The notes under the pieces are model-generated. The model was not told the origin of the DNA, made no database searches, and saw only the letters and a program-made list of their open reading frames with translations. This document shows positions 35,760-46,189 of a stretch of 64,000 nucleotides of DNA, one piece after another. The stretch lies in contig JAPYTD010000006.1 in NCBI GenBank assembly GCA_029936315.1, forward strand, positions 16,442 to 80,441. The letters run 5' to 3'. This stretch comes from Planctomycetota bacterium. Its GTDB lineage: Bacteria > Planctomycetota > UBA1135 > UBA2386. Position 1 is the stretch's first letter. The number at the start of each line of letters is the position of its first letter. The translations under genes and the position numbers were made by a program.

Positions 35760-36347
35760 TCACTTGTTGGTGTGTTCGCGGATGGCTTCGCGGAGGCGGG
35801 TGATGCCGGTGCGCTTGGTGGCGCTGACCCAGATGATGTCGTCTTTGGCGAGGTGGCACTGGGTGGCGAACTCGCGTTCGCGCTTGAAGCGTTTGGCTGG
35901 CTTGACCTTGTCGTGCTTGGTGGCGACGACGGTGTGGTCGACGTCGCTGTCGCGTAGGAAGCCGAGCATGTCGAGGTCGGAGGCGGTTGGGCCGACTTCG
36001 CCGTCGACCAGTAAGAACGCCATGACCAGTGCTTCGCGGCCGAGTAGGTAGCTGGTCAGCATCGGGAGCCAGGTGGCGCGCGTCGACTTGGAGACCTTGG
36101 CGTAGCCGTAGCCGGGGCAGTCGACGAGTGTGCCGCCCGATTTGTCCATGAGGAAACAGCCGAGCGCTCTGGTTCGACCGGGCTTCTGGGAGACCGGGGC
36201 GAGGTCCTTGTCGCCGCCGATTGCGTTAAGCAGCGAGGACTTGCCGACGTTCGACCTGCCGATGAACACGACCTCTGCCGGCGAATCGGGCAGCTCTTGG
36301 AAGTCGGTCGCCGCATCGACGAAGCTCAATTGGATCGGCTGACTCAT
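35760..36347 (-). CDS. engB: Ribosome-biogenesis GTPase YsxC/EngB
   Basis: G1 motif GRSNVGKSSLLNA, G3 DCPGYG, G4 TKHDK. 195 aa. Confidence 0.9.
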   Translation of the reverse strand: MSQPIQLSFVDAATDFQELPDSPAEVVFIGRSNVGKSSLLNAIGGDKDLAPVSQKPGRTRALGCFLMDKSGGTLVDCPGYGYAKVSKSTRATWLPMLTSYLLGREALVMAFLLVDGEVGPTASDLDMLGFLRDSDVDHTVVATKHDKVKPAKRFKREREFATQCHLAKDDIIWVSATKRTGITRLREAIREHTNK

Positions 36348-36482
36348 GACGCCTGATTCTGACTGCTAAGGCGCCGCATCCCTAACACTCGTAGCGGTTT
36401 TGTCGGGCACTGGGCTGGGTGGCAGCAAGGAAGTCGGAACTGCGTCGTTGCGCTTTGCTCGCGCGTCCGCAGGATCGCGGTA

Positions 36483-37073
36483 ATGAGCTCCGCCCCACGC
36501 CGGCGGCTGCCGCATTGGGTGCGGTGGCTGCACACTTACCTGTCAATGTTCGCGTTTGCCGCGATCCTGCTGTTTGCGGTGACGGGTCTGACGCTGAACC
36601 ACGCCGATTGGTTTGAGGGCGGTGAGCCTTCGGTGCATGTGATCGAGGGCAAGATTGACGCCGTCATGCTGCAGGGCGGAGTCGACAAGCTCGCGATCGC
36701 CGAAGAACTGCGCGCGAAGCATGGTTTGAAGGGCAAGGTCAAGGAGTTCACCGTCGACGACCACGAGTGCTTTGTGCTGTGGAAGGGACCGGGCTACTCC
36801 GCCGATGTTGTCATCGACCGCGAGCTGGCCAGTTACGCTGGCGAGGTGGCGAGTCGATCTTGGGTTGCCGTCATTGACGACCTGCACACGGGGCGAGATT
36901 GCGGGCCAGTGTGGTCGCTATTGATCGACATATCGGCCGTGCTGTTGTCGGTGCTGTCGATCACGGGCTTGTGCATGCTGTTCTATCTCAAGAAACGGCG
37001 ACGCACTGGCCTGATCGTCGCGGCAGTGGGGGGCGTGTTGCTCGTGCTCGCCTTTGCGTTCGGCGTGCACTAG
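36483..37073 (+). CDS. PepSY-associated TM helix protein
   Basis: WVRWLHTYLSMFAFAAILLFAVTGLTLNH is the PepSY_TM-like motif. There is a second TM region near the C-terminus. Confidence 0.7.
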   Translation: MSSAPRRRLPHWVRWLHTYLSMFAFAAILLFAVTGLTLNHADWFEGGEPSVHVIEGKIDAVMLQGGVDKLAIAEELRAKHGLKGKVKEFTVDDHECFVLWKGPGYSADVVIDRELASYAGEVASRSWVAVIDDLHTGRDCGPVWSLLIDISAVLLSVLSITGLCMLFYLKKRRRTGLIVAAVGGVLLVLAFAFGVH

Positions 37074-37098
37074 CTCGCCTCGGTCATGCGAGTTTCGC

Positions 37099-37440
37099 CT
37101 ACGTGATCTTGCGCACGAACTCCGACTTCAGGCCCATCTGGCCAATGCCGTCGATCTTGCAGTCGATGTTGTGATCGTCGTCGACGAGACGGATGTTGCG
37201 CACCTTGGTGCCGACCTTGACGACTTGCGATGACCCCTTGAGTTTGAGGTCCTTGATGACGGTGACGTTGTCGCCGCTTTCAAGCACGGTACCGTTGGAG
37301 TCCTTGACCAACTTGGCTTCGGCTGCAGCTTTGGCGTCTGCCTCGCTCCATTCGTGCGCGCACTCCGGGCACGTGTAGATGTCGCGGTCGAGGTAGGTGT
37401 AGTTCGAGTCGCACTTCGGGCAGTTCGGTTGATCGCTCAT
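37099..37440 (-). CDS. yjdM: Zinc-ribbon protein YjdM/PhnA
   Basis: The ATG at 37440 gives 113 aa with CPKC...CPEC. The C-terminal region [39 protein letters not shown] is typical of PhnA/YjdM. Confidence 0.85.
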   Translation of the reverse strand: MSDQPNCPKCDSNYTYLDRDIYTCPECAHEWSEADAKAAAEAKLVKDSNGTVLESGDNVTVIKDLKLKGSSQVVKVGTKVRNIRLVDDDHNIDCKIDGIGQMGLKSEFVRKIT

Positions 37441-37469
37441 CTTGAGGGGGTTCGTCGCATGCTTGTCGC

Positions 37470-38945
37470 TCAGAGATTCGCGTCGATGGCTTTGGCCCAT
37501 CTCGCGAGGTGGTCCTGGACAAGCTCAGGGGTCATCGTTGGGCGGAACGCGCGTTCTTCGGGCAGTGTCTTGGCGATTGCGGCCTTTGAGGGCCACAAAC
37601 CACAGCCGAGCCCAGCGAGCAATGCCGCACCGATCGCGGTTGTTTCAAGCAGTTCTGGTCGCGAGATCGCGACGCCGAGCACGTCGCATTGGAACTGCAT
37701 CAACAGGTTATTGGCAGCAGCGCCGCCATCGACTTTCAGGATCGCGAGCGAACGGCCAGAGTCGCCTTCCATTGCACGCAGGACGTCGACGTTTTGTAGG
37801 GCGATGCCTTCGAGCGTGGCGCGGGCGATGTGGGCGCGGGTCGTGCCGCGCGTCAGTCCCGTGATGCTGCCGCGTGCGTTCGGTCGCCAGTGCGGGGCTC
37901 CGAGCCCGGCAAACGCAGGTACGACTACGACGCCACCCGAATCTGGCACACTCTGCGCCATGGCCTCGACTTCTGCCGCTGACTCGAAGAACTGCAAGCC
38001 GTCGCGCAGCCATTGCACGGCGGCTCCGGCGACAAACGCGGAGCCTTCGAGCGCATAGGCCTTCTCGCCGGGAATCTGCCACGCCACGGTTGTCACGAGC
38101 CCATTCGTAGATGGAACCGGCGTTGATCCGGTGTTCATCAGCAAGAACGCACCGGTGCCAAACGTGCACTTGGCATCGCCGGGTGTGAAGCACGCCTGGC
38201 CGAACAGGGCTGCTTGTTGGTCGCCCGCGATACCGGTAATGGGCACGCCATCGGGAAGTGATGCAACCGAGCGCACCTTGCCAAACTCTCCGGCGCTCGG
38301 TGCGATCTCGGGTAGCAGCGCGCGTGGAATGTTGAACTGCTCAAGCAGCGTGTCCGACCAGTCCATCTTGTGGATGTCGAACAGCAACGTGCGTGATGCA
38401 TTGCTGACATCGGTGACGTGGTGTGCGCCACCGGTCAGGCAGAAGACCAAAAAGCAGTCGATCGTGCCGAAGGCCAGTTCGCCGCGCTCAGCTCGTTGCC
38501 GTAGGTCGCCTTGGTCGAGCATCCATGCGAGCTTGGTCGCCGAGAAATACGGATCGATCGGTAGCCCGGTCGCTGCGCGCACCGCATCTTGTTCGCCCGC
38601 AGCAATCCTCGCGGCACACCAGTCACTGGTGCGTCGGTCCTGCCAGACGATCGCGTTGTGCACGGCCTTGCCGGTCTTGCGATCCCATAGCACTACGGTC
38701 TCACGCTGGTTGGTGATGCCGATCCCGGCCCAATCGCCGTCGGCGACGCTGCTCTGCCGCACCGCGGTGCCGAGCGCATCGAACACCGAGGCAAGGATCG
38801 CATCGGGGTCATGTTCGACCCATCCCGGTTGCGGGTAGATCTGGGCGAACTCGCAGTAGCCCCGTCCCTTCACGTTTAGTTGTTCATCGAGTACGAGCAC
38901 GGTCGTGCCCGTGGTACCTTGATCGATCGCGAGGATGTGTTGCAT
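37470..38945 (-). CDS. glpK: Glycerol kinase
   Basis: [23 protein letters not shown] and FGTGAF motifs. 491 aa, FGGY kinase family. Confidence 0.95.
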   Translation of the reverse strand: MQHILAIDQGTTGTTVLVLDEQLNVKGRGYCEFAQIYPQPGWVEHDPDAILASVFDALGTAVRQSSVADGDWAGIGITNQRETVVLWDRKTGKAVHNAIVWQDRRTSDWCAARIAAGEQDAVRAATGLPIDPYFSATKLAWMLDQGDLRQRAERGELAFGTIDCFLVFCLTGGAHHVTDVSNASRTLLFDIHKMDWSDTLLEQFNIPRALLPEIAPSAGEFGKVRSVASLPDGVPITGIAGDQQAALFGQACFTPGDAKCTFGTGAFLLMNTGSTPVPSTNGLVTTVAWQIPGEKAYALEGSAFVAGAAVQWLRDGLQFFESAAEVEAMAQSVPDSGGVVVVPAFAGLGAPHWRPNARGSITGLTRGTTRAHIARATLEGIALQNVDVLRAMEGDSGRSLAILKVDGGAAANNLLMQFQCDVLGVAISRPELLETTAIGAALLAGLGCGLWPSKAAIAKTLPEERAFRPTMTPELVQDHLARWAKAIDANL

Positions 38946-39074
38946 GATTGTCGTTGGTCACGATAGCAAGATCACGACGGTATTCGCTCGAACTGATGGC
39001 GAGTATCGTTGGAGTTCAAAGCGTTCGCCGATCCCGATCAGCTGTTTCGCAAGTGACGTCGCGTCAAGCGTGCG

Positions 39075-40019
39075 CTACTTCGTCCAGAGGCCGCGATGAC
39101 GCGCCTGGTCGAGCTCGAGGTGGATGATCTCCGGCCGCGAGTAGTGCCCCGAGATGTCGAAGTTCTGCCGTTCGCGTCGAACGAACGCGTGATCCAGTTC
39201 GGCGACCAGAAGTTCTTCACGACCAACTACTGGCGCAACCACCCAGGTCGCATCCGGTGCCGCAATGCATGAGCCACCGTTGCCACTCATCGCCGGAAGC
39301 GCCGCCCGCAACTCATCTGCGCGCGGCACACTGTCCGGAATGTCCTCGCGCCGCATCAGGCTCGACACCGACAAGACGTAGCTGCGGCCTTCGCGCGCCG
39401 CGAATCGTGTGATCTCTTCGGTGTTTTTCTTGTTGCCGGGCCAGATCGCGACGTGCAGGTCTTCACCTTGCGCATGCAGAGCGGCGCGCGATAGCGGCAT
39501 CCAGTTCTCCCAGCAGTTGAGCACTCCCATGCGGAACGGCGGCAAGGTATTGGTGCGCAACCCGTGGCCGTCGCCTTGGGCCCACACCAACCGTTCTTCA
39601 TGGGTTGGCATCAACTTGCGGTGCGTCGGTTGGATGAGGCCGTTTTGCCCAATGGTCACCGCCGAGCAGTAGATCGAGTGGCCGCCACGATCGAGCGCAC
39701 GCTCCATGCAGCCGAGCACGATCGCCATGTTGTGTTCGCGCGCCACCTCGGCGAGCTCCTTGAAGTGCATTTGCGGCTCACAGCTCTGGTCGCTGTAGTG
39801 CGCAAACCACTCCTTCTGCCGCATGTCATCAAAGCGCGCGCCATCGGTGTGCTCGATCCACCAAGGGTAGCCGGGCACCAGCGCTTCGCCGAACGCGACC
39901 AGGCCGGCGCCCTTAGCGGCAGCGCGTTCTGCCCACTCGCGCACCTTCTCGATCGTGCGGTCGCGGTCGAGCCAGACTGGCGCAATCTGCGCCAACGCCA
40001 CCGTCAGCTTCTCACTCAT
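39075..40019 (-). CDS. Nitrilase (carbon-nitrogen hydrolase branch 1)
   Basis: VALAQIAPVWLDR, FGEALVPGYPWW and the catalytic Cys motif LNCWENWMP. It starts 19 nt downstream of the mqnC stop. Confidence 0.85.
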   Translation of the reverse strand: MSEKLTVALAQIAPVWLDRDRTIEKVREWAERAAAKGAGLVAFGEALVPGYPWWIEHTDGARFDDMRQKEWFAHYSDQSCEPQMHFKELAEVAREHNMAIVLGCMERALDRGGHSIYCSAVTIGQNGLIQPTHRKLMPTHEERLVWAQGDGHGLRTNTLPPFRMGVLNCWENWMPLSRAALHAQGEDLHVAIWPGNKKNTEEITRFAAREGRSYVLSVSSLMRREDIPDSVPRADELRAALPAMSGNGGSCIAAPDATWVVAPVVGREELLVAELDHAFVRRERQNFDISGHYSRPEIIHLELDQARHRGLWTK

Positions 40020-40037
40020 GATGACGTTCGTCCTGTG

Positions 40038-41240
40038 CTACGCCTCGACCTTGGAGACGATCTTCTTCTTCTTTTTGGCACTCTTGTCGACACCGAACTT
40101 GTCGGTCTCTGGCGTGTCGATGTGCTCGTACAGCATGTTGCGACGTTGCGGCACGAAGCCGGCGTCCTTGATGTGGCGTTCGATTTCGGGGATGGAGGTC
40201 GGGTGCGTGCAGCCAGCGGAGCTGACGACGTTCTCTTCGAGCATCGCGGAGCCGAAGTCGTCGGCGCCCATCGACAAGCCGATCTGGCACGTCTTCATGC
40301 CTTGCGTGACGAAGCTCGATTGGATGTGCGGAACGTTTTGCAGGTAGAGGCGCGAGGTGCTCAACGTGCGCAGGTATTCGGCGACCGTTGCCTTCTGGCC
40401 TCCACGCGCGGCCAAGAACTCATCGCCCTTCTCGGTGTTTTCCGGCTGGAACGTCCACGGGATGAACGCGGTGAACACGTTCGTCTCGTCTTGCAGTTCG
40501 CGGATGCGCGTCATGTGCTCGATGCGATCGGCGTCACTCTCGACGTGACCAAACATCATCGTTGCGGTGCCCTTGCCACCCATGCGGCCCCATTGGCGCA
40601 TGACCTCAAGCCATTCGTCGGTCGTGGCCTTCTTTGGCGCGATGATCTTGCGCACACTCTCGACCAGGATCTCGGCACCACCACCAGGAATCGATTGCAG
40701 ACCGGCCGCCTTCAAATCGGCAAGCACGTTCTGCACAGGGCGCTTCTCCATCTTGGCGACGTGCGTGATCTCTGGCGGGCTCATGCCGTGGATCCAAACC
40801 TGCGGGTAGCGAGCCTTCAGATCCTGGAACAGCTCGGCGTACCACTCGGTCTTGAGACCAGGGTGGTGTCCACCTTGCAGCAGCAACTGCATGCCACCTT
40901 GTGCGATCAGTTCGTCGACCTTCTGGTAGATGACTTCGCGCGGCAGGATGTAGGCGTCGGCGTCGCCCGGCGATCGATAGAACGCGCAGAAACCGCAGTC
41001 GGTGATGCAGACGTTCGTTGGGTTGAGGTTGCGATCGACGATGTAGGTGACTTTTTGCTTGCCGTCCTCACCGGGTGGGTTGAGGCGCGTGCGCACGTCG
41101 TTGGCCAGCAGGCTGAGCGACGGTTGGTCGAGGCCGCGGTATAGCACGAGTGCTTCGTCAGCAGTCAGCACACCGCCATCGACGGCCTTGGTTGCGAGTT
41201 CAGAGATACGGTTCAAGTCAGGGGTGCCAGCGGAAGCCAT
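40038..41240 (-). CDS. mqnC: Cyclic dehypoxanthinyl futalosine synthase-like radical SAM enzyme
   Basis: VTYIVDRNLNPTNVCITDCGFCAFYR (CxxxCxxC) and GGMQLLLQGGHHPGLKTEWYAELFQDLKARYPQVWIHGMSPPEI match my recollection of the MqnC pattern. Confidence 0.75.
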   Translation of the reverse strand: MASAGTPDLNRISELATKAVDGGVLTADEALVLYRGLDQPSLSLLANDVRTRLNPPGEDGKQKVTYIVDRNLNPTNVCITDCGFCAFYRSPGDADAYILPREVIYQKVDELIAQGGMQLLLQGGHHPGLKTEWYAELFQDLKARYPQVWIHGMSPPEITHVAKMEKRPVQNVLADLKAAGLQSIPGGGAEILVESVRKIIAPKKATTDEWLEVMRQWGRMGGKGTATMMFGHVESDADRIEHMTRIRELQDETNVFTAFIPWTFQPENTEKGDEFLAARGGQKATVAEYLRTLSTSRLYLQNVPHIQSSFVTQGMKTCQIGLSMGADDFGSAMLEENVVSSAGCTHPTSIPEIERHIKDAGFVPQRRNMLYEHIDTPETDKFGVDKSAKKKKKIVSKVEA

Positions 41241-41508
41241 AGGGGAGAGAACGGTAGGCGGGACGGGGGCTCGCGAGAAGCGTTGTGCCCCCAGAGAATG
41301 CGTTCGGTGAGGTCAAATTGCGTTTGGGCAGAGCGGTCGGGCGTTACGGCCGGAGTTTGGCTGGCTAGGAGCAGGGGCAATGAGAGTCTGCCCAGCGACG
41401 TTTCTCCTGTCGTTCGGAGTCAACGCCAGCGAATGCAGCGGCCCGAATAGCTGTGCCCGTGAATCTCGATCGGTAGACCCATGAGAGCAGGCACTGCGCT
41501 CGCAAGTG

Positions 41509-42858
41509 TTAGCGCTTGCTCTTGCCGAGATTCACTTCTGTGGTCAGTGCCGACAGTCGTTTGCGATCGGCATCACTCAGTTCCCATCCGGCAACGTTGA
41601 GCGACTTGAGGTGCGTGGCTGCACATAGATTGTCGATTGCGTCCTGGTCCATGCCCTTGCACCAGCCCAGGTGCAGGTCCCGCAAACTCGTGCGCGCAAG
41701 CAGTGCCTGCATCATGCTGGCGTCGAGTTGCTGATGGCCAATGAGATGCAGTGATGAGATACCTGCGGGCAGTGCGTCGATGCCAGCTGCCGTGATCTCT
41801 CCGACGCCGCCGAGGTCGAGTTCGCGCAGCGAGGGGATCTTCTGCAATGCCTGCACACCCTTGTCTGTGACCGAGCCAGCGGAGAGGCTCAGGCGGCGCA
41901 GCTTCGGCAGTGGGGCGAGTTGTTGCATCAGGCGATCGGTGACGCCGCTACCGGGCGCCGGTTCGGGTAGTGGGTTGAGTCGAATGCCTGTGAATATGGT
42001 GTGGCTGCCGATCCCGCCGAGGTTCAGCGCCTCAAGGGACGCCATGCCGGACAGGTTGGCGATCCAGTGATCTTCGAGGTGCGTGCAACCGCGCAGCGAG
42101 ACTTCCCGGAGAGTTGCCGAGCTAGCGATGGCCTTTATTCCGGCGTCGCCAAACGATTGCGACCCGTTCAAACGAAGTGCCAGGAGCGGCAGTTCGCACA
42201 GGTCCGCGAGCAGTTTGTCGGGGATGGCCATGCTCACGAGGTTGAGTTCGCGGAGCGTCGTGTTCTTGACCAGGCGCACGAGGCCCGGCCCTTGGATTCT
42301 CAGTTGGCCCTCCAGGATCAGCGCCTGCAGCTTTGGCAGGGCGGCAAGTCGTTCGATGCCATCATCGGTGACGAAGATCGGCGCCGTCTTCGGCTTGAGA
42401 GGTCCACCGCGAAGTGCTTCGAACGTGCTGACGGTCATCGCGATCGCCTCGAGTTTCTGCAGCCGCAGTAGGGCAGGCAACGCATCGTCGCTGAGGTTGA
42501 TGCCGAACACTTGCTTCGTGTCCTTGGGTAGCGCTTCGATGTCTTGGCGGGTGCGGACAATGGTTGGCGTGTGCCATACGATGAACTTGGGTTCGCCGTC
42601 TTGGTGTGCGCCTGTTTGGTCAGATGGTCGTGCGCCAGAAATCTGGGACACGGCGATGACCGCGCCGATGCCGATCACGACGAGTGCTGCGGCGAGCCAC
42701 CGGCTACTTTGCGTGGCTGGGTTGGCCGTCTCACTTTCCGTCTGCAACTGGCTTAGCACCGCGTGTTGCAGATCGGGTGGCGTCTCGCCCCCGACTCGCT
42801 CCTTGAGCAGCCAGTCGATGCGGGCGTTCTTGGCGTCTTCCTGGTTTGGTTCAGTCAT
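41509..42858 (-). CDS. Anti-sigma-factor-like membrane protein with an extracytoplasmic leucine-rich-repeat domain
   Basis: Short cytoplasmic N-terminus and one TM segment (WLAAALVVIGIGAVIAV), then more than 8 LRR units (L..L.L.g..itD.gl..L..l..L). Its ATG overlaps the sigma-factor stop (TGATG). Confidence 0.7.
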   Translation of the reverse strand: MTEPNQEDAKNARIDWLLKERVGGETPPDLQHAVLSQLQTESETANPATQSSRWLAAALVVIGIGAVIAVSQISGARPSDQTGAHQDGEPKFIVWHTPTIVRTRQDIEALPKDTKQVFGINLSDDALPALLRLQKLEAIAMTVSTFEALRGGPLKPKTAPIFVTDDGIERLAALPKLQALILEGQLRIQGPGLVRLVKNTTLRELNLVSMAIPDKLLADLCELPLLALRLNGSQSFGDAGIKAIASSATLREVSLRGCTHLEDHWIANLSGMASLEALNLGGIGSHTIFTGIRLNPLPEPAPGSGVTDRLMQQLAPLPKLRRLSLSAGSVTDKGVQALQKIPSLRELDLGGVGEITAAGIDALPAGISSLHLIGHQQLDASMMQALLARTSLRDLHLGWCKGMDQDAIDNLCAATHLKSLNVAGWELSDADRKRLSALTTEVNLGKSKR

Positions 42859-43340
42859 CAGATTCTCCGTTCGATGCAGTCGCGAAGTGCCTTGCGCAGT
42901 CGTTGCATCATGTTCCGGACTCCGTGTTCGGTCAGGTTGAGTTCGGTCGCCAGCTCTTGGCGAGTGGCGCCATCGTGGTAGCTGCGTTCGAGCGCCGTTC
43001 TGCTGCGCTCAGGCAACTCAGCGACACACCGTTCGAGCGCGTCGAGTAACTGGTTGCCGTCGTCGGGTGCGGCGTCGCGCTGCCACAGTTGTTCTGCAGC
43101 ATCGATTAGCCGCTCGGCGCGGCGGCGATCACTGTGGCGTCGTTTCATCCACAGGTTGCGCGCCGTCGTTCGCAAGAACGCGGCCGCAGTGCGTTGTTCT
43201 CGCGAGGCCACGTCGCGACGGAGCGCGATGAGCAGCGTGTCCTGGGTCAGTTCGTCGGCGAGTGCCGCGTCACAGCCAGCCGAACGCAGGAAGCGCCACA
43301 GACCGACCTGGTGTTTTCTTACGAAGGCGGTGGCTTCCAT
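42858..43340 (-). CDS. ECF-type RNA polymerase sigma factor
   Basis: Region 2 is LADELTQDTLLIALRR...FLRTTARNLWMKRRH and the region 4 HTH is YHDGATRQELATELNLTEHGVRNMMQRLRKAL. I chose the ATG at 43340 (alternative GTG 43391). Confidence 0.8.
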   Translation of the reverse strand: MEATAFVRKHQVGLWRFLRSAGCDAALADELTQDTLLIALRRDVASREQRTAAAFLRTTARNLWMKRRHSDRRRAERLIDAAEQLWQRDAAPDDGNQLLDALERCVAELPERSRTALERSYHDGATRQELATELNLTEHGVRNMMQRLRKALRDCIERRI

Positions 43341-43454
43341 GTCCTTGGCTGGCGAACTGGATCCGGGCGGCAGGTGCGAAAAAGCTGGCACACATGACAG
43401 TCCCCGGGGCGTGACTCAGAGTACCCAGAAAAATCGATTGTTGTCGTGCGACCG

Positions 43455-43841
43455 TCAGCTACCCCGGCAGCGGATCGATTCGCCCGCGGAGACGGCTTGT
43501 TTGCAGCACGCCATCAGGGCCTCGAGCTTTATGTGCACCGGATTGCGGCGCACGATCCCGTCGAATACCGAGGCGCGCACGATGGGGTCATCGGCCGTCA
43601 CCATGCCGAGGCTCTCTAGTTGCGATTCCTTCCGTGCTCGGAAGGCATCGAGCAAGCGGAACAGTTCGTCTGCGAGTTGGCGCAGTTCGGCTCCTTCGAT
43701 CTCGAAGCTTTGGTCGAATTGATCCGAGATGCGTGCAAACTGCGGGCAAGGAATGTCGAGCCGTTCGGGTAGCTCGAGGATCGGTTCGTCCAGGTCCTCG
43801 ATGCGCACCGTCGAGTTGGGGCCACGGATGTCGAACGCCAT
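43455..43841 (-). CDS. Hypothetical acidic cytoplasmic protein
   Basis: 128-aa ORF with protein-like composition, directly upstream of the ECF sigma gene on the same strand. No family recognised. Confidence 0.45.
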   Translation of the reverse strand: MAFDIRGPNSTVRIEDLDEPILELPERLDIPCPQFARISDQFDQSFEIEGAELRQLADELFRLLDAFRARKESQLESLGMVTADDPIVRASVFDGIVRRNPVHIKLEALMACCKQAVSAGESIRCRGS

Positions 43842-43930
43842 AGATGTGACAGCATCCCCTACAGCAGATCGTGGTCAATGCCAGCGACTAAAGACTGGCC
43901 TTGTACCGCCGCTCACGCCAAAACTTCGTC

Positions 43931-46048
43931 ATGCGCAAGCTTGTGCTCGTCGGACTGCTTTCGATTGCTGCCTGCACTGCCGTTATGACCAACGAATCTC
44001 CGCTACCTCCGGTCGCCAAGACCGTGCCTCACCAAAACCACTGGCACGGCGAGGTCTTCGTCGATGACTACTATTGGATGCGCGAGAAGGAGCACCCGGA
44101 TGTGCGCGCCTACCTCGCAGCTGAGAACGTCTACACCAAGGCGAAGACCGGGCACTTGCAGCCGCTCAAGACGAAGCTCTATGAGGAAATGATCGCGCGT
44201 GTGCAGCAAACCGACCTGAGCGTGCCCATGCGCATGGGCGGCTTCTACTACTACCACCGCACCGTTGAAGGTAAGCAGTACCCGATCTACTGCCGCAAAC
44301 CCGCGTCACCGGATGGCAGCTACGACAAGGGCGCCCAAGAGCAGGTGTTGCTCGAGCAGAACGAGATGGCCGAGGGCTTGACGTACCTTGGCTTCGGTGA
44401 CATTGAGGTCAGCGATAACGACAACCTGTATGCGTACACGACGGACGTGACGGGGTTTCGGCAGTACACGTTGCACGTCAAGAACCTGACCACTGGCGCG
44501 GTGCAGGCAGACCTTGCCGAGCGAGTGACATCCGTCGAGTGGGCGGCGGACAACCGCACGTTGTTCTACGTCACTGAAGATGCGGTCACGAAGCGGTCCA
44601 ACAAGCTGTGGCGACACACACTCGATGGCGAGCCTGAGCTGCTGCTCGAAGAATCGGATGAGCTGTTCCGCATCGGTGTTGGCCGCACGAAGGACAAGCG
44701 CTATCTGACGGTTGGTGCGTTTAGCACGGACACGTACGAGCAGCGTTACCTCGACGCCAACGATGCGAACGGCGAATTCAAGATCCTGCAGCCGCGCGAG
44801 AAGGGTCACCGCTACTCGATGACGCACCGCGATGGCGTCTTCTATCTGCGCACCGATCGTAACGCGTTGAACTTCCGCATCGTCAAGGTTGCGGCGCACG
44901 ACCCGCGCGAAGCCAACTGGCAAGACATTGTGCCGCACAAGCACGATGTCCTGGTCAGCAGCTTCCAGGTGTTTGGCGACTACGCTGTCGTGCAGGAGCG
45001 CGTGCTCGGGCTCAATCGCTTTCGAGTGCTCGACTTTGCCGATGGTTCGTGGCGGGAGATTGCGTTCCCGGAGGCCGTCTATTCCGCCAGCAGTGGCGGC
45101 ACGCCGGAGTTCTCGTCGTCCACGTTTCGCATTTCGTATGAATCGATGGTGACGCCGCCGTGTGTCTTTGACTACGACCTGAAATCGCTGGATCGCGAGC
45201 TCAAGAAGCAGCGCGAGGTGTTCGACTACGACCCTTCGCAGTACGAGACCGAACGCGTCTGGGCCACTGCTCGGGATGGGGTCAAGGTGCCGGTGTCGAT
45301 CGTCTATAAGAAGGGCACGTCTCGCGACGGCACGGCGCCGCTCTGGCTCTACGGCTACGGTTCGTATGGCATTTCGATTCCACCGACGTTTAGTAGCGAA
45401 CGCCTCAGCCTGTTGGATCGCGGTGTCATCTGGGCCACGGCCCACATTCGTGGCAGTGCAACCCTCGGCGAAGCCTGGCGCAAGTCCGGCATGCTGATGA
45501 AGAAGAAGAACACGTTCACCGACTTCATCGATTGCGGCGAACACCTGGTCGCTGACAAGTGGACCAGCAAGGATCGCCTGATGGCCGAGGGCGGCAGCGC
45601 CGGTGGATTGCTGATGGGCGCGGTTGCCAACATGCAGCCGGATTTGTTCCGCGCGATCCACAGCGCGGTGCCGTTCGTCGACCTCATGAACACGATGATG
45701 GATGCATCGCTGCCGCTGACGGTCGGTGAGTATCTTGAGTGGGGTGACCCCAATGAGAAGCCGGCGTTCGACTACATGATGTCGTACAGCCCCTACGATC
45801 AACTTGAGGCGAAGGCGTATCCAGCGACGTTGATCACGACGAGCTTCAACGACTCGCAGGTCATGTATTGGGAACCGGCCAAGTACATCGCCAAGCTGCG
45901 CACACTCAAGACGGACGACAACGAGCTGCTACTTGAGTGCAAACTCGAAGCCGCCGGTCACGGCGGCGCGTCGGGTCGCTACGACCGTTGGAAGGACCGT
46001 GCCTTCCAGATGGCGTGGATGCTCGGACAGGTCGGCATCACGCAGTGA
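43931..46048 (+). CDS. ptrB: Oligopeptidase B / prolyl oligopeptidase family S9A lipoprotein
   Basis: The ATG at 43931 gives MRKLVLVGLLSIAAC (lipobox). N-terminal DDYYWMREKEHPDV motif, catalytic Ser in GGSAGGLLMG, and the D and H of the triad in the C-terminal region (GHGG). Confidence 0.9.
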   Translation: MRKLVLVGLLSIAACTAVMTNESPLPPVAKTVPHQNHWHGEVFVDDYYWMREKEHPDVRAYLAAENVYTKAKTGHLQPLKTKLYEEMIARVQQTDLSVPMRMGGFYYYHRTVEGKQYPIYCRKPASPDGSYDKGAQEQVLLEQNEMAEGLTYLGFGDIEVSDNDNLYAYTTDVTGFRQYTLHVKNLTTGAVQADLAERVTSVEWAADNRTLFYVTEDAVTKRSNKLWRHTLDGEPELLLEESDELFRIGVGRTKDKRYLTVGAFSTDTYEQRYLDANDANGEFKILQPREKGHRYSMTHRDGVFYLRTDRNALNFRIVKVAAHDPREANWQDIVPHKHDVLVSSFQVFGDYAVVQERVLGLNRFRVLDFADGSWREIAFPEAVYSASSGGTPEFSSSTFRISYESMVTPPCVFDYDLKSLDRELKKQREVFDYDPSQYETERVWATARDGVKVPVSIVYKKGTSRDGTAPLWLYGYGSYGISIPPTFSSERLSLLDRGVIWATAHIRGSATLGEAWRKSGMLMKKKNTFTDFIDCGEHLVADKWTSKDRLMAEGGSAGGLLMGAVANMQPDLFRAIHSAVPFVDLMNTMMDASLPLTVGEYLEWGDPNEKPAFDYMMSYSPYDQLEAKAYPATLITTSFNDSQVMYWEPAKYIAKLRTLKTDDNELLLECKLEAAGHGGASGRYDRWKDRAFQMAWMLGQVGITQ

Positions 46049-46118
46049 GCAGTGGTTTGGGGAGAGCGGAGTTCTCGTCGAGGCGGCGGATCCGAGACGA
46101 GCGGCGCGCGCCAGAATC

Positions 46119-46145
46119 GACACAGATTTGTGTCTGCTCGCTTTT
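46119..46145 (+). terminator. Weak intrinsic-terminator-like hairpin after ptrB
   Basis: GACACA-gatt-TGTGTC (6-bp stem, 46119..46134) followed by TGCTCGCTTTTCC. It lies in a convergent intergenic region. Confidence 0.3.
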
Positions 46146-46189
46146 CCCTGCGGATTGGTTCGCCTACTGGGCGACTACTGGCTGGGCAA

